A stretch of DNA of 63,549 nt, counting the filler, from Octopus bimaculoides (lineage: Eukaryota), in NCBI RefSeq assembly GCF_001194135.2. It is 7 parts of 7 records of this genome, joined end to end, with 100 filler letters (N's around TTAATTAATTAA, not from the genome) between each part and the next. Parts side by side here need not be neighbours in the genome. Positions count along the whole stretch, not along the records: positions 45,839 to 55,119 come from NC_068999.1; positions 55,220 to 60,543 come from NC_068986.1; positions 60,644 to 62,343 come from NW_026323709.1; positions 62,444 to 63,549 come from NW_026326056.1; 3 more parts are not named here. One strand, 5' to 3'. Positions 53,604 to 63,549 of the stretch are shown here, one piece after another. The translations under genes were made by a program, and so were the position numbers. Position 1 is the stretch's first letter; the number at the start of each line of letters is the position of its first letter. A model generated the notes under the pieces. That model was not told the DNA's origin. It did no database searches and was given only the letters and a program-made list of their open reading frames with translations.

Positions 53604-53677
53604 TGAAAGAACAGGATATACAATCTGATAAGGATTTCTCCTCGGAGGCTTCTTCATCTGAGGATGAAGATGGGGAA
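53604..53677 (+). CDS. Putative second exon (VKEQDIQSDKDFSSEASSSEDEDGE) of the same gene
   Basis: Strong acceptor ttttatttttctttcag and GTAAGT donor; 74 nt. Splices in frame to 48654-48684 to give an acidic N-terminus. Confidence 0.65.
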
Positions 53678-54745
53678 GTAAGTAATTTCAATTATGGTAC
53701 TGTTTAGTTATAAGAAGATAAAGCGCTTAGTTAAGAAATTAGATAGTTTTGTGAATTGTCAATTCTTTCATATTTTTCAACAATTAGAGTAATTAAGTGA
53801 TGACATTCAAGTAGAAGAAGAGGCTCTATGACAGGGAAAGCTATCATAAACCACTGTATTGGCTGTGACGTCCAGATGGAGAATTACTGACTACATAATT
53901 CAAAGTACACAAGTCTTTTCTGAGTATTCCACTCCTATTTCACAGTTAAGAGGTTAGCAATAGGAAAAGTGATGGTGGTCAATCTTCCAGTCAAACCAAG
54001 GAAACTATGTTTCCATCTGTGTTTTGTAATATTGATATTTGTTAGTTGCAATTCTTGATATTACTATTCTTTTGGTGACAGAGTAAGATTAAAACCTAGA
54101 ACTCACAGATTTAGAACAGAACAGATACGACAAGGTATACTGTCCAATGTCCAAACAATTCTGCCAATCCACTGCTCCAGGCACATGGCTTAGTTGTTAG
54201 GGTGTTGGACTCATAATCTATAGTAAGACATCTGTGCTTGACCCTTTTGGGAGTGGAAATTTTCTTCCTTTTCCTTTTTCCCTGTCCTTTTTCTGCTTTG
54301 CTAGTTACTCAGCACCTTCACTAGTACCAGTAGCATCCAGTCATAGAAACCATGCCAAAGATGACACTGCAGCTTGGTGGATCCTCTCAACCTGTCAGAC
54401 CCATACCAGCATGGAAAATGGACATTAAATGATGGTGATGATGTCATACAAGCAGTATCGTTCATTTCCAATATTCTGCAAGAACATCTCTGGTCATGGG
54501 GAAATATTACCTTACTTGGAAACAAGTGAGGGTTGGTGACAGGAAGGGCATTCAACAATAGAAAATCTGTCACAATAAACTCAAACTGACCCTTGCAAGC
54601 ATGGAAAAGCAGACATTAAAACAATGATATTAATAATAATAATAATAATAATAAATGCAGATACATTTATATAATACAGGAACTCCTAGCATTACAAAAG
54701 TAATGCATTCTTGAAAATGTTGCAGTTGATGGAAAATATGGAGAT

Positions 54746-55119
54746 ATGTATTGGGAAATGAGGAAACTTGGGATAGAAGAATGGTTAGTGAGAGCTGTGC
54801 GAGCCATGTACAGAGATGCTGCCAGTAAGGTGAGGGTTGGAAATGAGTACAGCAATGAATTCCGGGTAGAGGTAGGGGTCCACCAAGGTTCCGTCCTCAG
54901 CCCCCTTATTATTTATCATAGTCCTCCAGGCAATCACAGAGGAGTTCAAGACAGGTTGCCCCTGGGAGCTCCTCTATGCTGATGACCTTGCCCTAATTGC
55001 GGAGTCACTATCAGAACTAGAGGAGAAGTTTCAGGTGTGGAAGCAAGGTCTAGAATTGAAGGGCCTTAGAGTCAACCTAGCTAAAACCAAAATCCTAATA
55101 AGTAGGAAGGTAGATAAAA
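54746..55119 (+). mobile_element. RTE-clade LINE reverse transcriptase fragment, cut by a join
   Basis: GVHQGSVLSPL(L)FIIVL...WELLYADDLALIA...GLRVNLAKTK after one frameshift. Confidence 0.9.
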
Positions 55120-55219
55120 NNNNNNNNNNNNNNNNNNNNNNNNNNNNNNNNNNNNNNNNNNNNTTAATTAATTAANNNNNNNNNNNNNNNNNNNNNNNNN
55201 NNNNNNNNNNNNNNNNNNN

Positions 55220-55263
<44 letters not shown>

Positions 55264-55434
55264 TGTGTATTATGTAATGTATATATGTGTATTCGTCACT
55301 AAATGAGACTGAGGGTACTGGGTAACACCTATATTGTTAGAAATAAGAAATCAAACCCTTAGAACTACAAGGAAGTACATTTTCATATACTAACGGGGGA
55401 GATAATCACCTTATAAGCGAAGCTAGATCACTAG

Positions 55435-55477
55435 ACTAGACTAGTTTCGACTGTAAAATTGCAGACTCGTCAGCAGT
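55435..55477 (-). ncRNA. Minimal type I hammerhead ribozyme-like motif
   Basis: ACTG-CTGACGA-GTCTG(loop)CAGTC-GAAA-C-TA-GTC-TAGT: intact core, palindromic stem III (ACTAGT) and a GUC triplet. Confidence 0.55.
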
Positions 55478-55525
55478 GGCCACTCCATCGCTGACTGGCT
55501 CGGCTAAACCTAGACTATCAGTATA

Positions 55526-55768
55526 TGAGGGTGTACCCAAAAGTAACAGGAAACGTTCTCTGTGAGACAAACCCGTTGTAGTTCAGGCTCACGCGACTAG
55601 AAGCTACTTGATTCCACTCTGAGGCATCAGTCTGCCGCTCGGCATTGTTGGGTGGGGTCGAACTGCCACGTGGTGCATCTTTATTTTGCAGTGCTTCTAT
55701 GTTCGTCGATTTTTGCGATGGCTGAAACGAAGAAACAGCGTGCTTCCGTGAAATTCTGTTTTCTGCTA
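55526..55768 (+). mobile_element. 5' end of the same mariner family as 2685-3370
   Basis: TA|TGAGGGTGTACCCAAAAGTAAC TIR and MAETKKQRASVKFCFLL start; truncated at (GATA)n. Confidence 0.8.
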
Positions 55769-55771
55769 GAT

Positions 55772-55813
<42 letters not shown>

Positions 55814-55831
55814 TGATAGATAGATATACAT

Positions 55832-55862
<31 letters not shown>

Positions 55863-56605
55863 CATGCATACATACATACATACATACATACATACATACA
55901 TACATACATACATACATACATACATACATAAGTGTGCGATTCTCTAAATTGTATTTATCCAACGGTTTCTACTGATGAGAAACAGATATTTTCGGTAAGA
56001 AAGTATTGATTTCGAAACGTATGTTTACAGATAATTGTATGTTTTTGAGTAATTTTCACTGGTCTTGCCCGATTTACATTTTTGTTACTTCGCTAAATTC
56101 CCTTTGANNNNNNNNNNNNNNNNNNNNNNNNNNNNNNNNNNNNNNNNNNNNNNNNNNNNNNNNNNNNNNNNNNNNNNNNNNNNNNNNNNNNNNNNNNNNN
56201 NNNNNNNNNNNNNNNNNNNNNNNNNNNNNNNNNNNNNNNNNNNNNNNNNNNNNNNNNNNNNNNNNNNNNNNNNNNNNNNNNNNNNNNNNNNNNNNNNNNN
56301 NNNNNNNNNNNNNNNNNNNNNNNNNNNNNNNNNNNNNNNNNNNNNNNNNNNNNNNNNNNNNNNNNNNNNNNNNNNNNNNNNNNNNNNNNNNNNNNNNNNN
56401 NNNNNNNNNNNNNNNNNNNNNNNNNNNNNNNNNNNNNNNNNNNNNNNNNNNNNNNNNNNNNNNNNNNNNNNNNNNNNNNNNNNNNNNNNNNNNNNNNNNN
56501 NNNNNNNNNNNNNNNNNNNNNNNNNNNNNNNNNNNNNNNNNNNNNNNNNNNNNNNNNNNNNNNNNNNNNNNNNNNNNNNNNNNNNNNNNNNNNNNNNNNN
56601 NNNNN

Positions 56606-56651
<46 letters not shown>

Positions 56652-57239
56652 CATATTGTTTTAGTTATGGAATAATCAACTGTCTTTTCATTCATTTCGT
56701 AAAGGATGTAGAGAGGGAAAGAAATTATAAGCCACAGCAGTTGGTCAGAAAGTGAGAATGCTTTTGAAAGCAAAATCACAAGAGAACTGGGAAAAGTCGC
56801 TGATAAGAAGAAAAAAAATGTATGATGGGGAAGATAATTTTTAATGATTTATTATGAAATTCATTGAAATATTAAACCAGCGCCATACAATCTCAAAATA
56901 GTTTTTATGTTTAACCGTCATGTTGAAACAAATATACTTGAATCTTTGAAAGAGTTTCTGGTCTCTTCGACACTTGGTGCTATGGTTATGTATGATCTTG
57001 TTGTTGCCATCGTCGTCGTCGTTGTTGTTGCTGCTCTTGTTGTTGTTGTTTTCGCTTAGAATATCCAAAATGTATCTTGGACTGCATTATCCAATATGGT
57101 GGTCGATTAGTAGGGTCATCAGATAGAATGCGTTGCGATAGAGCACTAAGTTCAAGTCGCACCATTGTCTTGTTTGCCTTTCATTCTTTCTGGGCTGAAG
57201 ATATGCCAGCCAATAATCTGACACTGCTCCTACCCCTCG

Positions 57240-57271
<32 letters not shown>

Positions 57272-57292
57272 GTCTCTGTCTCTCTCTCTGTC

Positions 57293-57323
<31 letters not shown>

Positions 57324-57679
57324 CTGTATATATATATATATATATATACATATATATNNNNNNNNNNNNNNNNNNNNNNNNNNNNNNNNNNNNNNNNNNN
57401 NNNNNNNNNNNNNNNNNNNNNNNNNNNNNNNNNNNNNNNNNNNNNNNNNNNNNNNNNNNNNNNNNNNNNNNNNNNNNNNNNTATATATATATATACATAC
57501 ATACAGATGAAACATGAGTAGAAGTCATGTCTGGAAACCTCATGGCATACTCAGATTGTTGTTGAAAAAATCTATAACAGCCAAAGGAAATAACCAATTC
57601 ATTTTTTGTGTTAAAATGAAATTGAATATGCTTATTCCTTATAAATATATATATATATACAGATGTGTTCTTAGGAAGT

Positions 57680-58080
57680 TTCACAAATAGAAAACCCCAG
57701 GACTGGACCGAATTTCTAATTTCTGGCTAAATTGTCTGACAGAAGTACACCAAAATTTTGATGCATCTCTGACTCATGTCATCCAGAACTCAGAGCAAAT
57801 ACCTGCCTGGCTGACCGATGGTACAACATACCTACTACCAAAAACTGAAGACACAAAAATTCCAAAGAACTACCGACCATTAACATGTCTCAACACCACC
57901 TACAAGATACTCACATCCATATCAACTGAACAGAGATCTATCCTTCCACAAGCTCAAAAAAGGCTGTAAAAGGAATTCTTATGGGTGCAAAGATCAATTA
58001 CTCATATGTTTGATAGTGTCCCACGTAGATGGATGCTCAAGGCCCTTAAGATATATAAGATAAAACCAGATATGCAGAGA
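57680..58080 (+). mobile_element. R4/Dong-like non-LTR retrotransposon RT fragment
   Basis: KTPGLDRISNFW, WLTDGTTYLLPK, NYRPLTCLNTTYKILTSI, QKGCK...GCKDQLLI, FDSVP..WMLKAL. Confidence 0.8.
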
Positions 58081-58211
58081 ATGGCACTGAACATTTTGGG
58101 GATTTTTGACATTGCTGACCTCTGCTCGATAGGTGCTGCTCCTTGCCCCTATATCCTACAGCGCACGAGTGGACGGCCATCATGTATGCATGTATGTGTA
58201 CTATCTTACTA

Positions 58212-58478
58212 TTTTACTATTTTACTTGTTTCAATCATTTGACTGCAGCCATGCTGGAGCACCGCCTTTTAGTCGAGCAAATCGACCCCAGGACTTATTC
58301 TTTGGAAGCCTAGTACTTATTCAATCGGTCTCTTTGGCCGAACCGCTAGATTACGAGGACGTAAACACACCAGCATCGGTTGTGAAGCGATGTTGGGGGA
58401 CAAACACAGATACAAACACACATACATATACCATGTGGTTGGTAAGCAAGCTACTTACCACACAGCCACTCCTGCGCC
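58212..58478 (-). mobile_element. Internally deleted family A SINE
   Basis: 3' half joined directly to the head (GGCGCAGGAGTGGCTGTGTGGTAAG). Confidence 0.8.
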
Positions 58479-58510
<32 letters not shown>

Positions 58511-59198
58511 TCTATGTAGGTTTGTTTGTATGCATGTATGTATGTATGTATGTATGTATGCATGTATGTGTAACACGTATACGTATGCTTGCAATGTGTG
58601 AGCGTGTATTTTTTGTTTGTAGATTTCAAAAAGTAAATCTGATAGTGGGATTGAAATCTTTTCATATAGCGAAAGAATGATTAGAGACAGACAGAAAAGT
58701 ACGTTATCTGCTGATGAAGAGGCTTTGATTTACAAGCATTTTATAGATAGCTGTTCTCTGTCCACCGATAGGGAACCTGCTATAGATCTGTTTGCAAAAT
58801 GCATTCAATAAACCAGTTTTGCGTGACACGTCTTCGCTAACCTATATTTAACACTCCCATGAGGTATTTGAGGTTGTATATGATCTAAATAACGTCTCAT
58901 AGAAAAAGGTTTGACTTGATCTACTTCAAAACTAAACAAAGATAATGAAAACTGGAAAAGAACCAACAGAATACATTCGAAGAACATGATTTTGTTATTC
59001 AAAAGCCATACTCTTCTCTCTTTCTCTCTCTCTTTCTGGCTCTCTTTAAATACATACATACATACGCACATATGCATGCATACATACATACTTACATACA
59101 TACACACATACACCTATCTATCTAACTATCTATCACTATCTGTTTATCCATATATATCTACTGATCCATATGTATATATATATATATAAATATATATA

Positions 59199-59604
59199 TA
59201 ATTTAAAATGCAGAGATGCCTATAATAGGACATCTACTCGCTAGAAATAGCAGCAAAAAACTACATACCACAAAAATTTGGGATAATTTCGAAAGAAAAT
59301 GAAAAATAAAAACTTTTACCAATCTATATTCGGTACCATGGTATCAAGTCAATTTTAGTAAGATAAAGATTATCTTACAAGGTCGGACTATCGTCAGCAG
59401 AAATGACCAGACAACATATGAAGCACGAGTCAATAAACAGCATGGTTCGTGTTCCTATGTCTAATTTTTCAAAATATACCGCGTATTTGCGGTATATTTT
59501 TTCATTTTCTTTCGAAATTATCCCAAATTTTTGTGGTATGTAATCTTTTGCTGCTATTTCTAGCGAGTAGATGTCCTATTATAGGCATCTCTGCATTTTA
59601 AATT
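59199..59604. repeat. ~108-bp near-perfect inverted duplication (59199-59307 / 59495-59604)
   Basis: Arms differ at about 2-3 positions; ~187-bp spacer. Confidence 0.92.
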
Positions 59605-60283
59605 AAATGAATAATACATAGTCTATTGACTGTTTTTTTACTCTCGCTAGACCACTGGTGGTAAATAAAATTTCTAAAAATTTTTTTGCTACCCTATAAT
59701 TTATTAATAATGATAAAATTCTTTTTGGNNNNNNNNNNNNNNNNNNNNNNNNNNNNNNNNNNNNNNNNNNNNNNNNNNNNNNNNNNNNNNNNNNNNNNNN
59801 NNNNNNNNNNNNNNNNNNNNNNNNNNNNNNNNNNNNNNNNNNNNNNNNNNNNNNNNNNNNNNNNNNNNNNNNNNNNNNNNNNNNNNNNNNNNNNNNNNNN
59901 NNNNNNNNNNNNNNNNNNNNNNNNNNNNNNNNNNNNNNNNNNNNNNNNNNNNNNNNNNNNNNNNNNNNNNNNNNNNNNNNNNNNNNNNNNNNNNNNNNNN
60001 NNNNNNNNNNNNNNNNNNNNNNNNNNTATATATATATATATCTATTTATATATATATAGTGATAGATAAACTATCTGTTTATTTATCACTATCTATTTAT
60101 CCATATTGATATATATATATACACACGCATATGTGCATATATACATATATGTTTATGTACGTTTATACTTTTATATATAAATGTGTATATATATATATGT
60201 ATATATATGTGTGTATATATATTCATATATATATGTATATATATTCATATATAACTATATATAGTTATATATAACTATATAAC

Positions 60284-60315
<32 letters not shown>

Positions 60316-60348
60316 TACATATATACATAGACAAACAGACAGGTAGAC

Positions 60349-60369
<21 letters not shown>

Positions 60370-60424
<55 letters not shown>

Positions 60425-60543
60425 GTAGATAACTTTCTTTTATTTGCCACACAGGGCTGCACACAAAGGGGACAAATACAACTGTAGAGCTTTTCTTTAA
60501 AAAAAATTTTAAAAAACAACAAAAAAAACACAAATCCGATCAA
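60370..60543 (-). mobile_element. Second 3' end of the Tx1-like LINE with (TATC)n tail
   Basis: Reverse complement matches GAAAAGCTCTACA...GCCCTGTGTGGC...AAAGAAAG-TATCTATC at 45435-45505. Confidence 0.75.
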
Positions 60544-61521
60544 NNNNNNNNNNNNNNNNNNNNNNNNNNNNNNNNNNNNNNNNNNNNTTAATTAATTAAN
60601 NNNNNNNNNNNNNNNNNNNNNNNNNNNNNNNNNNNNNNNNNNNACCACATCACATCACACCACCACGCGCACACTAGCACTGACCACTTCCCAACACCCA
60701 CACCATCATCCACACACCTATACATCCACACACGCACACGTAAAGGTCACCAGCCCTCTTCCACACGCACATACATGCTCTCTCATACACACACAACGCA
60801 CCGTCATTTTGGGATCACCACTATTTTATTATCTCCCCTCTTTCCTAGCTCTTCTGTGTGACCCCTCTGTTCGGTATTCGCCATGATAGATCGCTAGCCA
60901 CTACACATTCTTTATTTTCTCTCCCTGCTTCTTTCTGTGTTCATTTCTGTGGAAGAGCATAGGCTCGAAACGTTAAAGACTTTTTCACTTCCCGAGCGCG
61001 CGTGTGTGCGTATCTCCCTATATGCATTCCTGTGTGTGTGTGTAAAAGTCAGCATATGTGATATTGATTTGATATTTCTAATCTCTACACATTGCTCGTT
61101 GATATACCTCCATGTGATACGCATGTGTGAAAGAGTGTGTATGTATGTGTGTATATATGCAACTCTGTATATGAAAGCATGAACATGCGTCTGTGCATGT
61201 GTGTATATGTGTATGTGCGTGTATATCCGTGTGTGTACATCTATGTGTGTAAGAGTTGACATGCATCAATATTGATTTCATAGCACTTTTATTTGCACAT
61301 GTACTGATAACAATAAATTTATGAATATAGCATATATACATGCGTTTAGAGAGGAACATAAACCCCATTACGTAAACGACTATACACTCGTGAATATATT
61401 TATTTATGAGCATATTGTCATGTAGATACATGGATATACATGTTTTTGCCTCTAAATATACATTCACTAAATAATTTGCGCGGAGTGTCTGTGCTAGTGT
61501 GTACATATTCTTTTAGTCAGT

Positions 61522-61872
61522 TATTCTATCGGTCTCTTAGGCAGAACCGCTAAGCTACGGGGACGTAAACACACCAACACCGGTTGTCAAGCGGTGATGG
61601 GGAGACAAACACAGACACACAGACACAAAGACACACAGACACAAAGACACACACACACACATATATAAAGATATATAAATATATATGTATATGTGTATCT
61701 ATATATATGTGTGTGTACGACGTGCTTCTTTCAGTTTCCGCTTACCAGATCCACTCACAAAGCTTTGATCGGCTTGAGGCTATAGGAAGCACTTGTCAAA
61801 GGGGCCACGCAGTGGGACTGAACCCGGAACCATGTGGGTGGGAAGCAACCTTCTTACTACACAGCCACGCCC
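61522..61872 (-). mobile_element. Family A SINE
   Basis: Reverse complement of family A. Confidence 0.8.
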
Positions 61873-61881
61873 TCTCTCTGT

Positions 61882-61964
<83 letters not shown>

Positions 61965-61988
61965 CATATATATATATACATATATATA

Positions 61989-62192
61989 TATATAGCAATA
62001 AGAAAATGGGTGGGATTAATAGGTGGTATTCATCAACTTGTAGACATTGTATTATGTCAATTTACTTGTTTATTTGTTTACTTTACTATTGTCCTTTTAG
62101 TAAACAAATAAACAAGTAAATTGACATAATACAATGACTGCAAGTTGATGAATGCCACCTATTAATCCCTTCCATTTTCTTATTGCTATATA
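61989..62192. repeat. ~94-bp-stem foldback hairpin with 16-nt loop
   Basis: Arms 61989-62082 and 62099-62192 pair with 3 G-U-type and 2 true mismatches. Confidence 0.92.
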
Positions 62193-63129
62193 AATTAATG
62201 GTAAAATAACTTTTTATCCGTACCCATTTATTGCACTTGGTAATGTAATTGCGATGCAATGAAAAAACACTAGTGTAATAATAACTGGATATTCTTCCAG
62301 CATTATATTGGATAGATATTATCCCTTAGTGGGTTGGATTCACNNNNNNNNNNNNNNNNNNNNNNNNNNNNNNNNNNNNNNNNNNNNTTAATTAATTAAN
62401 NNNNNNNNNNNNNNNNNNNNNNNNNNNNNNNNNNNNNNNNNNNATATATATATATATATATATACATATGTACATACACACATACATACATATACATATA
62501 TATATAATATATATACACACATATACACCTCATACATATATATACATAGAAACAGACGATCAGACAAAGAGACAGACAGACAGACAGATGGATAGGTATG
62601 TAGATAGATATTAATATTAAATTATACACCGTTTATACATTGCGAGGGACTCTAATATTACGGAACGTAACGTAAGGCACATTTCTGCCTCTATAAAAAG
62701 CTGTTTCCAACGCAGTTAATTAATTCATTACATGCTTAATTACTTACGGATTGCACCGGTCATTAGTTTTCTGTTTCTCTTTTATTTAAATGATGTTACC
62801 TGTAAGTTATACCTCTTCACAGTTACGTCTGGACATATGCGTCTTGGAAAATGCAATTTGTATTGTTTTGCCGCGGTCGTTTACCATTACAAAAACATAC
62901 ATACATACATACATACATATACACCGTACAAGCACACATACAACACAAATAACATATTTAGTTCAATTTCTTTATGTTGCTTGGGAAACTTTCGACTCGA
63001 ATACTTATCGTCAATATTCAGTTCTAATACTTACAGATGTATGCAAACATCTCACGTACATATATCTGTGCGTGTATTTGTATGCCTGCGTATGCAAGTC
63101 TGCGTCTGTATGTTGGTACATGAACATGA

Positions 63130-63390
63130 GTAAACGCTGACTCGGGTCCTCGGACTCATCGAAACATTTAAGTGTAAGTGATTTCCATGTCGTTTGAGCA
63201 AGGGTAACGAAGATCGCAACTTCCGCCCTCAACAAGACGTCAATCCGTTGTACGGTCACTCATTTGAAGTTTCGTCGATTGGATCAACGGGAAAAGAAGA
63301 GTTTTGCCTCAAAATTACAAATCACCGCCCGATCCTGGAATAGAAATCAAGATCTTGCGAACTACACCCTTAACCACCAGGCCACTACAC
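63130..63390 (-). mobile_element. tRNA-derived SINE-like element, further family
   Basis: Minus strand starts GTAGTGGCCTGGTGGTTAAG (A box) with a degenerate B box; GC-richer body. Confidence 0.5.
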
Positions 63391-63507
63391 ATCACAGATA
63401 TATGTGTATGTATATGTATATATAAATATATATACATATATTATTTGGGTGGAGCTCGAGTATAGTCGCAGTCAAGTGACTGAAACAAGAAAATAAAAGC
63501 ATACATC

Positions 63508-63549
<42 letters not shown>

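Noticed and set aside
58705-58740. CTGATGAAGAGGC start of a hammerhead-like motif
   Set aside because: No closing stem II or GAAAC follows.
63135-63170. Minus-strand GATGAGTCCGAGGAC resembling a textbook hammerhead stem II
   Set aside because: Lacks both the CUGA start and the GAAA segment.

Overview
AT-rich, gap-riddled eukaryotic (animal) genomic DNA, most likely an octopus/coleoid cephalopod. This is inferred from the recurrent tRNA-derived SINE families, the very high microsatellite density and the long introns. Six 100-bp gaps contain an artificial TTAATTAATTAA linker, so the window is at least seven joined pieces and adjacency across those joins is unproven. Supportable host-gene content is small: (1) exon 1 of a C2orf69/UPF0565-family gene (+, 12077-12250); (2) a ~958-bp terminal coding exon of an unidentified gene (-, 21047-20090); (3) two in-phase 5' exons of an unidentified gene with an acidic N-terminus (+, 48654-48684 and 53604-53677). 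The rest is decayed mobile DNA: Gypsy pol, mariner and Tc1 transposase remnants, RTE, Tx1/L1-like and R4/Dong-like LINE pieces, many SINEs and several MITEs. The most unusual signals are at least six local inverted duplications/hairpins not explained by recognisable TIR elements, minimal hammerhead-ribozyme-like motifs, a foldback element carrying head-to-head telomere-like repeats, and LINE ends embedded in specific microsatellites. Most ORFs in the supplied track are microsatellite or N-gap artefacts. No intact novel multi-gene system is evident; all family assignments are from recalled motifs, not database searches.
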